Source of the DNA: Podarcis liolepis
Taxonomy: Eukaryota
DNA length: 64,000 nt
Reading direction: 5' to 3' (one strand)
NCBI GenBank assembly: GCA_965112155.1
Contig: OZ218111.1
Both the position numbers and the translations under genes were made by a program. The notes under the pieces are model-generated. The model searched no databases and had not been told where the DNA came from. It saw only the letters and a list, made by a program, of their open reading frames with translations. The stretch's first letter is position 1, and each line of letters begins with the position of its first letter. Positions 37,002 through 50,740 of the stretch are shown here, piece by piece.

Positions 37002-38434
37002 GAAAGAGACCTGTATTGTGTGTTCCTGCTCATTAGCACGCCCTCAATGGAAAATGCGTTGAGGCACATGGCGTGCTCAAGATGTAGTATATTTTGATGA
37101 TGTACATAGAAAAAACCTTATTGTGAATGGGTTAAATGGCCACATCAGACAACCAACATTCCGTAGGCAGTCCAGGATACAGTTAGTAATAGGTCTGTTC
37201 CTCTCGCAAGCGTATTTGCGATAAGAAAGGTTTGATTTCACATCATGTTGCCTTGGTGTACTGCAATGGTCTCCTCCATGTCTGTCTGTAGGAGTCTCAG
37301 GTTTTGAATCAGTAGAAATGTACAAAGTGTTCCTTCTCCGGTCTCAACTTTCCAGTCTCAACTTTCAGACACCTACTCAGGAAAAAAACATGCACTTCTA
37401 AGTTGAGCTCCTGGCTATGTATATATGAAGATTTAAGCAGAAGTCAGTATCAGACACAACGGCAAAAACTGAAAATGCTTTGTTGATCTCTTCACCAACT
37501 TTCTGGTGTGCTGGTATTCAATGTCAGCAGGACACTTCATAAGCACCGACTGATATCCTATTTCTGCCTGTGCATCAGCGATCCACTGAATACCTGAATG
37601 CTGCAGTTTTTCAGGGTATTGCAGAGGTTGCTGGATCTTCACAAAGAGTCCCTTGTGACAAAGGACCAAATCACTGTGGCCAAGGATCAGCTTATGAAGG
37701 ACAAATGTTATCAGTTTCTCAAAGAAAAAAATTGTGCTTGGGCTTCCTGCTACCAGCCACTTTTTTATTAATAAAAGCACATCAAAGTATGTCCCCCTCA
37801 CCCTGCCAATATGTAACTGCTTCAGAAGTGAGGCTGTCACCCAGAAAGCTTTTTTAAAAAAAGAATTAAAAAGGGAGGAGAAAATATTTATGGGTCATCA
37901 ACAAACTGCCTTCAATGTGTGCTTTTTTTTTAATTGAGTGACTGACTGGTCTCTACTAGTAACTAACCATTCGCAATCTGTAAAATTGCTTTTCAAAGGT
38001 TGCATTGTAGAAATACTGCTTTCTGAGAGCCTTGGGGAGGGTTGTGTCTGTGTGTTTGTCACTCCAAGTATTCTACCCGAAATAGCTGGTCCTTTTTCGG
38101 AACTAGATGTATAGTGTTTTGTATATTTTCTTAAAGCTCCTGCTGAAAAAGATTTAATTTTCTATTAATTTATTGCAAAAGGCACAAAGAAGATTAAAGC
38201 TGAAGAGATAAATGCTGTTATGGGAATTTTTTTTTATATACAATAGGGTAAGGTCATGGAAATGTTTCTTCAGCTAATCTGCTTTGCACTTGAAAACTTC
38301 AAAGGGCTGTAGAATGTGGTACTTCCCTTGGCAGCCTGTTTTGTATGAGGACAAAAACTCTTGGAATGTTACTTCCAAATGTTTTCGCTTACAACTTAAT
38401 TAACATTTAGTTGTTTGGAATACACATTTATTGG

Positions 38435-38440
38435 AATAAA
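38435..38440 (+). terminator. Probable CEMIP polyadenylation signal (AATAAA)
   Basis: AATAAA about 1.43 kb after the stop, at the end of an AU-rich, repeat-poor stretch and followed by GT-rich sequence (gcgtgtgtaccgtttactgtgttgg); another AATAAA lies near 37770. Confidence 0.55.
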
Positions 38441-40226
38441 ATTTCAATGCAACTCTTACATGCGTGTGTACCGTTTACTGTGTTGGATTATTTTATCACA
38501 ATGAACTGATAGCACAGACCATCATCAGCCACAAACAATTGATCTAAACCTGCCAGCAAAATGCACATTGTCAAGTCTAAAGATGGTGTCATGTCACTTA
38601 GACCCTACCCCAAAGGTGTGTAGCATCAGTAATCCCACCATGAGACTATTTCCCTTTACTGCCACAACCCTCCGTGGCAGGAGGCCCTTCAGATCCAGAA
38701 CCTTGACTTATCCAGGTATAACTGCCTGTTTGTTACACTCCCTCTCCTCTCCACAATGGAGAGGCCAGCAAAGAGCGAGGAGAAACTGTGCTGACATTTG
38801 CAATAAAGACCATGGCTCCTTGTGTAGGTACCATGTTACCTGGTCAATTCTTTTCTGTCAGCAGCTCTCCAGCTTCTTGGGCAGAAGGCTCCATCATCAC
38901 CTGCTTTACAGGCTAAAAAGTCTGACTTTGAACATGGTAATTCTGTCCCTCTTAAATGAGCAGGGCCAGCCCAAGGTACTTTTGCCACTTGAGGCACAGC
39001 ACAAAATAAAACAAAAACACACACCCCTTCCATACACAGAAGCTGACAAGCTCTCTTAAATCAAAGGTGAACTCAAGCAATCTCCACTTTCCCAAACGAG
39101 ATAACCATCCATTAAAATTCACACTTCCAAGTTTTGCAATACAGTTCTCTAGCCACATAACGTGTACAAAAATGTACACAGTGAGGTAAAGTATGCATTT
39201 TCTTTTGCATATTTTCACTAACATACAAAAATACATTGTATTAGGGGAAATCGCTTTGCAAAAAAACCCATGTACTAGGCAAAACTGCATTAGGAGAAAC
39301 TCACATTAAAACACTGGTGAGTTTTCATGAGAATTTGTTTAAAAAAATAACCTCGAACTGATATGAAAATGTGGAAAACGAGAAAGAATACTAAAAATAA
39401 AAATAGAGAAACTGAAGTTGACAGATTCACCCATCCCTAACCTGCACCATTTGAATTATTTTATATTGTTCACGATCACAAGATTCCCATGCACAGAGGT
39501 GTTGTAAGCCTCCTCTAGTTTTTTCAGGTCTGGATAGAGAAGTATATATACTGAAGGCACCAATTACAAAGGGAAGGGTGATTGGTTCCTTACAACAAAT
39601 TGGTGCATATTCACCAATGTGCCCTATAGAGCAGAAATGTAAACAATCCTGCACTTTGGTCCCAAGCAACTGAAATACCAAGGGCAGAAATCCTGTCCAA
39701 ACTGTTGCTCCATCTCAGGCATGTCCAACAGGTAGATTGTGATCTACTGGTAGATCACCAGACATCAGTAGTAGACCGCAAGATGCTTAGTGGACCCCCC
39801 CCCCCCAAGAAAGCTTTGGTTCCCCTAAAATAAGCTCAACAACTTTACCTTCCCCCCCAAAAAAAGCTCAACAACTTCGCCTGTCAGTAACAATGGGTAG
39901 ATCACAGCCAGTATTTTTATAATGTGAGTAGATCACAGTCTCTTTGGAGTTGGACGTGCCTGATCTATCTAAAATGACAGCCCTGCCTGGGGTTTTTACT
40001 CAGTCACTGCTCCTTTCTACAAATCTAATTCACACACTTAAAATCACCACTGATATTTTAAGTTTAGAACAGAGATGAAGCGCACAAAACTCACAGCGTG
40101 TGGGTCTAAAGAAATTTTAAAAAATTGAAAACCTGGCCAAGGCACTTGAAAACCTGCTAGGTGGCCATTCTGGAAGGGAAAGCAAGCAAATACAATCAGA
40201 CTTGGACTTCAACAGCAGAAATTTAC

Positions 40227-41172
40227 TGTGACATTTCCTTATGCTTGACCACCCTCTAGTGGTTTGCTGCTGATAACAGAGCATATCCACCACCTACATC
40301 TCATAGACTTAAAAGATTTAACTCCAGACAGAATTCCCGCTGCTATAAATGCAAGGAAACCCAAAGACAAAGGTAAACTTGAAAGATGAACACAAGATGC
40401 AAGCAGCAGCTGCAGAAACATCCTGCCAAAGCTCCAGGCACTCATAAGGCAAGAGGAAGTTTGCTTAAGCAAAGAAAAGCTCTCATGGGATCCACCTGAG
40501 GGACTTGACTACATGAAGAGAACGGCACACATGGTCACACCAAGGCCACTTCCAAGGGGTTTTAATGCCAGAAATAGTCAAGCTAGCTGGTGATACTTTA
40601 AAAATGCAGCTAATTTCTTATTTCTTCTGTATTTACATAAACACAGTAAGAACAACCCAATATTGCCTCTCTCCCCCATGCCCCCATCCCTTTGGTGGGG
40701 CTTATTTGAGACATTTGGCTCTGAAGATTGGGGAAAGTAGAACTGTTTGTTGGCTGTTAGACTAGTGAAAGTTATGAATAATTTCTTTTATGTAACTGAC
40801 CGTCAGAAAGTTGGACGGTCTTTTCTCCCTTCTCCCTTCCCTTCTTTCATCCTTCCATCACTCTCTTTTTATTTGGGGTCCTCTGTTCTGGGCCATTATC
40901 CAAGGATTACACGCACTCAAAGCTGGTGGAAGAGCCCTGTGTGAGAGGCAGGGAAAGGAAGACTTTCCAGAGTGAGAAACTGAGAAGAAAATTCCCAGGT
41001 GAGAACTAGCAGAGTCCACCACTTTCAGTGTGAGACGAGGGTTAAGAGACGACTTTGAGAGAGGAGACTGCATTTTTCTCTTCTTTCTCTTTTTGTTTTT
41101 AGTTTCTTTTATCATTGTATTACGAAAAAGCTCTAATAAAATCTTGAGGCGCCTTATTTTCTGCAACCAACA
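40227..41172 (+). mobile_element. Possible long solo LTR (ERV-like)
   Basis: TGTGAC start and AATAAA..ttttctgcaaccaACA end; TSD only imperfect (ttac/ttgc); boundaries uncertain. Confidence 0.3.
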
Positions 41173-41934
41173 TTGCGTGTTTACTCAGAAGGAAGTTCCA
41201 CTGTGTTCAGTGGTGTCTGTCTCCTAGTAAGCGTGTTTAGATTTGCAGCCCATGGGTGGAGGTGGTTTCTGGGAAGGCAGCCATCATAAACCAGGTAGGG
41301 TAGGAAGCTTGTGGTTATTCTTGACCTCTCTAACTTCATGCCATTTAAGCCCTTATTGCCTTAAAACTTTATTAAAGTTTCATTACTGTAAGCCTGCACC
41401 TTGGATTCATTTCCATGCAGCTAAATACCAAGTGTATCATGTGATAAAAAACCACAAGATGGTATCCACTTCAAACACACTACAAATATTTTCTATCTGG
41501 GTTCTAGAACTACTTCAGGCTCACTCTAGAGCTTGTATACCTCCTGTGGAATTTGTTTTACTTTTAACAGCAGACTTCTGTCATGCAACATCCAGAAGAA
41601 TATGTTTAAAGTTAAAATGAAAAGAAAGAAAGATGTTAACTGATTAAGTTAATTTTATGAGAAACTTAGTTTTGGAAAACTGTTACAATGATATACATTG
41701 AAACTCAGCTAGGGGGATTTGAGGAAGTCAAGTAACAATGTTACTAAGATTGGATTAAGTATAACTAAGATCTATGTTTGTTTCAAAATTTTGGAAAATC
41801 AATAAAAAAAACTTGGGGGGGGGGGACAAAAAACATCCAGCTTCTTCTAAATGTTCAGATTAAAAACATGTTTGCCACATGACGTAGGGCCACTGTCAGA
41901 GAGACATGGGATTTCCAAAAGCATTCGGGAGATA

Positions 41935-42280
41935 AAAAGGTAAAGGTAAAGGGACCCCTGACCATTAGGTCCAGTCGTGACCGACTCTGGGGTTGCGGCG
42001 CTCATCTCGCTTTATTGTGTCTGCAGACAGCTTCCGGGTCATGTGGCCAGCAGGACTAAGCAGCTTCTGGCGAACTAGAGCAGCGCACAGAAACGCCGTT
42101 TACCTTCCCGCTGGATCTACCTATTTATCTACTTGCACTTTGTGCTTTCGAACTGCTAGGTTGGCAGAAGCTGGGACCAAACAACAGGAGCTCACCCCAT
42201 CACGGGGATTCGAACCGCCGACCTTCTGATTGGCAAGTCCTAGGCTCTGTGGTTTAACCCACAGCGCCACCCACGTCCCT
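41935..42280 (-). mobile_element. Sauria SINE, full length
   Basis: Consensus match; TSD attcgggagata. Confidence 0.9.
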
Positions 42281-44054
42281 ATTCGGGAGATACATAGCAG
42301 CTAATTAGAAAAAAGGTACATTTTTCCTGTATTTATGTAAACTCCTACATTAATAGTGTTCTGTGTACAGAAAGTGTTCTGATTTATGGTACACATTTGA
42401 TTTTCCTGTTCCTACATTTTCACCGTTACTTGAATGAGTCGCCCTTTAAGTCCCACCCGTCACTCACCAAATCTGCTACAAAGAACAGAATTACCTCTGT
42501 CTCTTCGCCGCAGTGCTGACAAGAGTGGATGTCACTGGCCATACGCCAACCGAAGAGATGAAAGCAAGATCAGATTCTCTGTCAAAGGAAGCTTTGTCCT
42601 TGAAATGGCTGTAGGTTTCACAACAATGGCATTAATCAAGCTGAGAAAAATAGTTTCGCTCTGGCTGCTCATCTACTTACCTGTGTATGAAAGCTGCCTT
42701 ATACCAAGTCAGGCCACTAGTTGGTCAAAGTAATAGTTTTCTCTATTCCAACTACTAATGGGTCTTAGAGAGTTTCAAGCAGATGTCTTCTCAGTTGTGT
42801 TAAGTCCGCTCTCTTTCCCCTGCCTCCCTCCACTTGAATTGGGGAGTCTGCACATGCAAAGAAGATGTTGGAGTTATGGGCCCCATAAGTAGAAAATGTC
42901 TAACAAATTAAAACACACCTGGTTGCCCTTAAATAGTCAAAGAAACTGACAAAATCAATTCTGAATAATTCATCTTGCAGAGCCACTCTTCTATAACTTT
43001 CAAACCGGAGAATCGGGATGCTAGCTTCACAGAACTGAAATCTGCATAAAAATCAATCGCCACAATTGCAGTTGGGAGTTGTGTGCAGAGCAGTCACACG
43101 ACCTTAGCAGAACCAGAAGACCAAGGCACGATACAGCTAACGATTAAACCTTCCAAAAAAAAAGTCATCAATAATTGCTAGCCTGAATGCCCACATCTAA
43201 CCTGGTTAGTCATTTTGAACACACGGATGGCTTGAAAGAGGCACACACGCTTCCCAGCCAAAGGTAACCAGGTGATTAGTGATCTTCAAGGCCCAGTGAC
43301 TCCAACACAAAAGTGTTCCCCTCCACTAAAATCAGAGGGATATAAAGTATGTGAATTTGGTTGTTTCATACCCTGCATTTTCTTACTGTCCTGGAGGGCA
43401 TTTTGCAGCCTGCTAAGCTGCCATCTATGCTTATGCCTTTTGTTTGTGTCCTAAAAAAGCTGCCACCTAGTCACCTGGAAGAAATTTTTACTCAGCACGG
43501 GTGACCAGCCAGCTTTTCCTCAGGCACACAAATTTAGCAGGCAGCATATTCGAAAACCGGCATCTTTTTAAAAGCACATCTTGCATGTGAGTTTTAAGCG
43601 CCTCTGAACAACAAAAAAAGCATCTACATTTAGCTTAGTTGGGTAGAGCATGAGACTCTTAATTTCTGGGTCATTGGGCAAAAGATTCCTGCATTGCAGG
43701 GGGTTGGACTAGATGACCCTTGTGGTCCCTTCTACCTCTGTGATTCTATTTCTCAACATTTCCCTGTTCTTTTGTAACAGCAGAATGGAAGGCAGGAGTG
43801 CCCTTTCAAAGCAAAATCCCTAAAAATCAAGTAAAAATGAAATAAAACCCGGGGGAGGGGGGAATAAACAGAAGTCTCAGGACAAACACAGTACTCAGCT
43901 ATTCATTAACACTTAACCTTTCATCTCCTTCAGAACCTTGAATTAGGCCAGGAGAGAGCTTTTATCAATGGTATTCATATATAAATGGTCCAAGAATCAA
44001 AAGAGGATAGAAGCCACTGAAGGCTTCTCAACATCTGAATTTGGCACTTAATGG

Positions 44055-44070
44055 TGCCACCTAGTGGCCA
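44055..44070 (-). promoter_or_regulatory. Candidate CTCF site
   Basis: On -: TGGCCACTAGGTGGCA, a close match to the CTCF core consensus. Confidence 0.6.
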
Positions 44071-44160
44071 CTCTGAGCAGATACAGACATCACAAGACAG
44101 CTGTGTCCAGACACAGGACTCCATGTGTCAAACAGAAATTTGTTCTGAAAAAGGTACAAA

Positions 44161-44166
44161 TTTATT
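44161..44166 (-). terminator. Candidate distal MESD polyadenylation signal
   Basis: tttatt on + (AATAAA on -) followed on - by U/GU-rich sequence; more proximal AATAAA candidates at about 45248 and 45400. Confidence 0.4.
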
Positions 44167-44652
44167 GACATTCCGGAGGGAGTGTTCATGGTGACAGCAA
44201 TATTTCCCCAATTATCTACCAACGTTATATATGAATGAACAAATTAGGGCACCCAGAGTATTGGAAGTATTTTTGGCACCAGAGAAATACAAGCTATATT
44301 CAAAAAGATCAAACGTGGCCTGATCTAATATGGTGCGGTGTCCACAAATTGGAAATAAACTTATGCACCAAGGCAGTATTCTTTCAAATTAACATTAAGA
44401 AGGAAACCAGAACAACCTCTGTGTTTAAACAGAGTAAGCCCCCAGTTTATAGTCACTGCAATTCTGGAATGCCTTGAGCCCAATTGCAATTGAATAGCTT
44501 AACTCCAAAAGGGGCTTAAGTCAATTCTGACCAAAAAAATCCAATTTTGGCCTGTAGATGTTTGCCATGAGTGCTACAAATAAGGGGCGGGGGGGGGGGA
44601 GAGAACTTGTATAAAAGCCTTGAAAATCGTGTTGGCATTAAAAAAGACTGTA

Positions 44653-44894
44653 CAGTGGTACCTTTATACTCGAACAGTTTGGCTCCCAAAGATTTTGGCT
44701 CCTGAATGCTGCAAACCCAGATACGAGTGTTCCAGTTTGTAAACATTTTTCGTAAGCCAAACGTCTGACGTGGCTTCCGATTGAGTGATGGAAGCTCCTG
44801 CAACCAATCGGAAGCTGCACCTTGGTTTTTGAACCGTTTTGGGAGTCAAACAGACTCCTGCAACAGATTAAGTTTGACAACCAAGGTACCACTG
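44653..44894. mobile_element. TA-MITE, family C
   Basis: TA-CAGTGGTACCTT...AAGGTACCACTG-TA. Confidence 0.75.
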
Positions 44895-45840
44895 TAGTCA
44901 GAAATAATTTTCTTCCAAATGGAACACTGGTCAAAATTGATTTAAGAACCTTTTGGAATTAAGCTCTTCAATCAGTGTCAGGGTTAACTGCATCTTGATA
45001 CATTTGCTATTCTTGTTACATTCCCCTTACTGGATTGGCTCAGCCTTTTATCACATGGCTCAGCCTACTGCCAGATGTTCTAAACTACAACTTCCAACAG
45101 CCACAGCCAGCACGCCCAGTGCTCTGAAAGTGATGAGAGTTGTGGCCCAAAACATCTGGCAGACACCAGGTTGAGGAAGGTTGGAGTAAGTGAACTGGCC
45201 CACCATTAGTCTATGGAAACCCTAAATCTGTTAATTCAATAGGCAAGTTTATTCCCACTTCAGCTGGGCATTTGACCACCAGCAGTGAAACCAACTTACA
45301 TAAAAACACTCATGGCATGCATCAAACCTGTGCTTTCCAGAATCTGCTTTGGCACCACAGCTGACACTCTGAGATTGCCACTTTCAAGAAGGGGTATCAT
45401 TTATTTTCATCAATGAAAATATTGCAAAGGTAGAAACTCCTAGAAAGTTAAGTCTTGTTTCTTATCGCCAACGAAACGTTCACCTTGTTGACTCCTCCAA
45501 AATAGCTGACGGCAGAATTCCTACTGCAACAGCTCTTCCCCTCTCATCCTTGGAGGAATGTTTGTAATACTGAAGGTAAACACACAGGTGCTTGTTTTAA
45601 ACTTTTAAACAGACAACTGTTTGAAAAAACCCAACTGCTTGAAAGTAGACAAGGCACAATATACCAACTCCAGATCTAAAAGAAGCAATCCACTGATGTT
45701 AAGCATTAACGTTGCTGTTACTGAACAAATGCCTCTCATTAATAAGTAAACTGGTCCCTTGATTTGAAACCCAGAAAGGCCACCCTATTTTCTCCTTCCT
45801 AAACTTCCCACCAAACCTCCTCTACGGTCAAATTAACTTA

Positions 45841-46105
45841 TCAGAGTTCTTCTTTTGGTTTGGTTGCACGGTTGTCGTCTTTGAGGGGTCCATGTTTCTT
45901 TTCAGTATCTTTTTTCTTTTTGGATTTTTCGGGCTTGGTCTCATTTTTCCCTTTTTCGCTTTCCTTGGCTCCTTTACCAGGGTACACCTGACCTTCCAGT
46001 GTTACGTCCGCACACCTCTCCTGTTTTATCAGAAAGTCTTTGATCTCCCACGCATAGCCTCCGTCCCGCAGCATAAAGATGGCACGATTTGAACCGACGA
46101 TAAAC
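45841..46105 (-). CDS. MESD: MESD exon 3, ending in ER-retrieval motif KEEL
   Basis: cctag|G TTT..; FIVGSNRAIFMLRDGGYAWEIKDFLIKQERCADVTLEGQVYPGKG..KEEL*; the three exons total 681 nt = 226 aa + stop. Confidence 0.95.
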
Positions 46106-48168
46106 CTAGGTTTTAAAAGGGCATTCAATTAGTGCCTGGCCTTTGATGTATTGAAAATTTATGTTTCAGGTAGTGAAGAGCCTCTGCCCCACCTCTTGCA
46201 AAAAAAGGAACGATAAATAACCCCAAGGATTAAGTGGCATGTTGCATTTCTTAAAAGCAAGAGGTGTTTGTCTCAGAATGGGGGGGGGGGACAAAACTTG
46301 CACTGCAGAATTTATTACCTTCATAAGTAAGAATATTATAATTTACTACCTTGTGAAAATACAGCCTATTGCATTTCTTATTCAAATTTATGGTAGAGGG
46401 GAGACACACAGATGCAGCAAAGGATGAGGAACCTCGGGCACAAGGTTGAATGTGGCCCTCCAAGCCTCCCTATCTGGCCCTTGGAACCATTTTCATCCTG
46501 CACTGGCCCTGCTTTGCCCGCTGAATGTTATTGCCTAGCAAGAGAATCTGTCCCTGAACTGTGATATGGCCCTTTGCCATAGGGTATGTGCAGAAACTAT
46601 CTTACTGTAGAAAGGTAAAGTTTGCATTTGTTTCTCTGCCTCTTTTTGCCTCTGGCCCAGCCCACGATCAGCATGTGCACTCTGGATGTTGCCCAAAAGG
46701 GAATGCGGTCACTGGATTGAAAAAGGATCTCCCATCCCTGCTAGAAGAGATGGGTCTCAGCTTTATTTTAGATGTAAGGGAAAAATGCAAAATATCTGGC
46801 TAACAAATGCTTAGGGGTTAAAAAAAAAAGCCTCTACATATGCGAATGTTAAAATGTTGGCTTATATATTAAGATTTCATAGGAATTTATCCTTGTAGTA
46901 CACTTAAATAGCTCCATGTTGTCAAAGCTGGATAGCTGGGTAGGATACAAGTGAAGTCACGTACAGTAATCCCTCCTACTTCTCTCAAGCATGTTTTTTA
47001 TGAGTTACACCTATCAGGTGCAGATATCTGGTTCCATGGCTTTCTTGGGAGGAGCTGAAAACAACACAATAAAGAGCTGCTCAGTTCGACAACAATTCCT
47101 CCCATAGAATGGTGGGAAATTCAGGACAGGCAAAAGGGAGCACTTCTTCACACAGTGCGTAATTGAACAGCAGAAATCACGGCTGCCAGATGTGGGGGAG
47201 GCCACCAATTTGGACAGTTTTAAAAGGGGATTAGACAAAATTCATGGCAGCTAAGACTACAGATAGCAACCAGTCACAATGGATACATTTCTCCCTCTTA
47301 TACTGGAAGTAGTATCTCTGAATATCAGCTGCTGGGGAGCAGCAGCAGAGTATGGTTGGGTTCGTGTCCTGCTTGCTGGCTTCATACAGGCATATGGTTG
47401 GCCACTGAGGGAAATGGGTATCTGGAATAGATAGGGCTTTGAGCAGGGTGGCTTTTCTTACATCGTTTCTTCAAATTCCAATCGGGGGCGGGGGGGACAG
47501 GGACGACACACACACACAGACATATTTGTATCCAAAGGGACAAACAGTGTGAGAAGAATACTACCTATAAATAGCCACAAACATCCATTTTCACAGCCCA
47601 CTGGCAAATTGTAACAGGTTTTAAAGTCGACTACACTTTTCCAAACTAATCCAAGTGTGTTTCTATGACAGTTAAGTCCTACTATGTTCAATGGGACTTA
47701 TAAGGTAGGTTTATATTAGATTGCAGCCATAATGGGGTCTAGATTATTTCCTACCTCATATAGGAAAATATGAGACTATTTCAACAGTTTATTTTTACCA
47801 AACGAAAATTGCTAGATTTTTTTTTACTAATTTTTAATAAAATTCCACACTGCTTTAGAATGCACACAGCAAGAATAAGCACTGCGCCTCTGTCTCAGGA
47901 GGGGGAAGGGTACATCAAAGGAAAAAGACAAAATAAAGCTATTAATTATGATAACTTTATCCATCTTCCTAACTGAGCATGCCATTCTTTTGAAAACTTT
48001 TAAACAATTTTTCATATCCTCATTAATACAGATCAAAATACAGGAAAGAAGGTATTAATTTCAAACATGCAGTAATTTAGGTGGTCATACATATAAGCAC
48101 AGCCCATACAATGAAAATTAAACCAGGCAAGTGAGGGCAGGTGTGCAACTGCAAGACAAAAATCTTAC

Positions 48169-48401
48169 CTTTGTACGTCATAGTTGGCATTGAAAAGACT
48201 TCCCTGCCACAGATTAGTAATTTGCTCTGTCTCTTTTTCTGTAGGTTCTCCTGACACAGTGACAAACATCATAAGAGTCTTCCCTTTCTTGGTCATCTTC
48301 AAGATACTCTCAGGCTTGCCCGGGTCAAGTTGGGAAAAGTCTATTGGTGCAGATGGACGCTTGTGCTCAGGAAGATCTCCTTCTTCTATATCATCATCTT
48401 T
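48169..48401 (-). CDS. MESD: MESD exon 2
   Basis: acacag|AAA..AG|gtaaga; KDDDIEEGDLPEHKRPSAPIDFS..KKGKTLMMFVTVSG..WQGSLFNANYDVQ. Confidence 0.96.
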
Positions 48402-50249
48402 CTGTGTTGGAAACAAAATACAGGAACACTTAAGAATGCATTGGAACAGGCTGTTGTATCCTGATGCAACAAGGTATGTCTTAGAAAAATTAGGCTTATT
48501 GAAAGATCTCAAGTTTAGAAGACCATGCACACTTTGTATGCATATGTAGAAACTGTTTGTCTAATGCAGCTTTCTACTTGCTGAAATAATAGAACACAAC
48601 TTTTTTTCTGTTTCAGAAATAGAAATCTGGTTTTCAATTTAGCACTCTGGATGAGTGCATGGCATTACTTTATGTGCCAAGCAGCTCACTCAACAAGCTA
48701 GTTAACAGCACCAGAGATCACGGAGGGTCTGGATGTGGGAAGCAAAATGAAATATTAATTCAGATAAGGGAGCACTAATGAGAAAACTAATTTAAAAATA
48801 GGTATTCTACCTACATGAAACTCATAAGCAGTTTCAGACTACTCCTGGATCCAGCTTTGCATTTAGACAGGTGGGGGCAGTTAACCTGGGAAAAGGTTAA
48901 CCTGCTAATCACATGTGCATTGGTTACTAAAGAAATTGGGCTGCTGCAATACAGCCTATGTTGGGCTACCCCTGAAGAGTGTCTAAATGCCTATTAGTGC
49001 AAAATGCAGAGCCAAATCATATGAAACTGCTGCTTTATTCTGCTATGCAAAATGCACTGGTGGTTGTTACTTCAAAAGCAAAGAGGGGTGCTAATTACTA
49101 TGGAGTTCTGCTTATAGTCTTTTAAACTCTTCATTAGGCCTGCTTCCTGTTCCTTATTTCAGAGAACAGTTCCTAATTTAAACTTTAAAACCCATACTCT
49201 GCTCAAAGCAGCATGCATATACGAATCATAGAATTGTCGAGTTGGAAGGGACCCTGAGGATCATCTAGTCCAACCCCCTGCAGTGCAGGAATAGGCAGCT
49301 GTCCCATGCGGGGATCGAACCTGCAACCTTGGCGTTATCAGCACCATGCTCCAACTGAACTATCCAGGCGCACTCTTGCGCTCTCTCTAGAACACACACA
49401 CATATACATATATCATAAAACAAACAAACATATATGTATAACATAAAACAAAACTGAAACAGTTCAAGCTACTGAACTTAATGTTACTTTTATGAACCTG
49501 AAAATTGCAACTTAAGTTTCACGCATTGCAAGGACAGTACACCCCAGTAAAAGTACTGGAAGTGTTCTGACTTCCGTAATACTGTACCTGGTTTTCTTAT
49601 AGTCTCACAGTGCGGTTGCCAACCCTACTCTTCCCCAATGAAGACCAATACACTCCACACATGCTCAGAGGCAGCCTCTCCTTCAGGACTATTTCCTCAC
49701 CACCCCCACATTCAATTAAACGAGCTCTAGGCTGGAACCTCATCCCCTTCAAACCAACCTCTCTCCCCCTATCCCCCCTTGGCCTGTGCCCATGCCCTAC
49801 TTGGAGCACACCCACTGAAATTAATGGACCGGGCACACACAAGTCACACATGCTTTCTGCTACTGCTGATTTTAATCATCTCCTGAATGCTTTTAAATGT
49901 CTTGCTTTAATCTGTCCTTTTTAAAAACAACGGAAAATGTTGCGAATATTTATATCCTGCTAAATGAATAAATAAAAATAACTTAAGCCTGGATAGCTCA
50001 GTTGGTTAGAGCATGTATAGGGAAGCTTCTTCATGTGTAATGTTATATTATGTTTGTGTGTATATACATATAGAGCTACATATATATGTATATACATATA
50101 CATATATGTTGAAAGCAGCCCAGAGTGGCTGGGGAAACCCTGTCAAATAGGCGGGGCACAAATAAATAAATAAGTAACAACCCTTGGCGGGATACAACCC
50201 TTGGCGAGCGCAACGAACCTGCACTCCAGCCCCAAATCCTTGCCAAGGA

Positions 50250-50740
50250 ACTAGACGAGGAAGACGGTGGGTACCCCTCCCCCGACCCTCACACCCATTT
50301 TGGGGTCCCCGCTGCGCCCCCTTTTCCCTCACGGACATACCTCCCACTGCTCCAGCAGCCGCGCCATGTCGGCGTCGTTGTAGTCCCGAATGTCCTTTTT
50401 CTTCTTCTTCTCCTTCTTCGCCTGCTCAGGGGACTTTTCCTTCGGCTCTTCGGCCCCAGAGGCCGCGGCCGCCAAGGCACACAGCGCCAAGACCAGACCC
50501 AGCCATCGATAGGCCGCCGCCATCTTGTCCCGACGCTCGACGCCGCCGGCACTGGCTGGAGAAGGTTCTTCCGCCCCGATCCCGCCCTCTTGCTAGTTCT
50601 GCGCATGCGCCGGGAGGGAAGTGGGCGGGGCAACTAGATTTGAAAGCTACAGGCGGAGGAGGGTGGGTGAGTGGGAAGGTGCCGGAAGGAACGAGGGGCA
50701 GAGGGCTGTACCACTTCAGACTGCGGGGGGACCGAGACGA
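50250..50740 (-). promoter_or_regulatory. MESD CpG-island promoter with NRF1, GC-box, ETS/GABP and YY1 motifs
   Basis: CpG-rich; TGCGCATGCGC at 50600-50610, GGGCGGGG at about 50623, CCGGAAG at about 50682, AAGATGGCGGC (-) overlapping the ATG; no TATA box. Confidence 0.75.
50341..50523 (-). CDS. MESD: MESD (LRP5/6 chaperone, MESDC2) exon 1 with signal peptide
   Basis: ATG in aagATGGcg context; MAAAYRWLGLVLALCALAAAASG..KKKDIRDYNDADMARLLEQWE|gtatgt. Confidence 0.95.

Noticed and set aside
49222-49366. tRNA-Ile(GAT)-like sequence (also at 19170-19299)
   Set aside because: Fused to a CR1-type tail, diverged and multi-copy, so it is a SINE head rather than a tRNA gene
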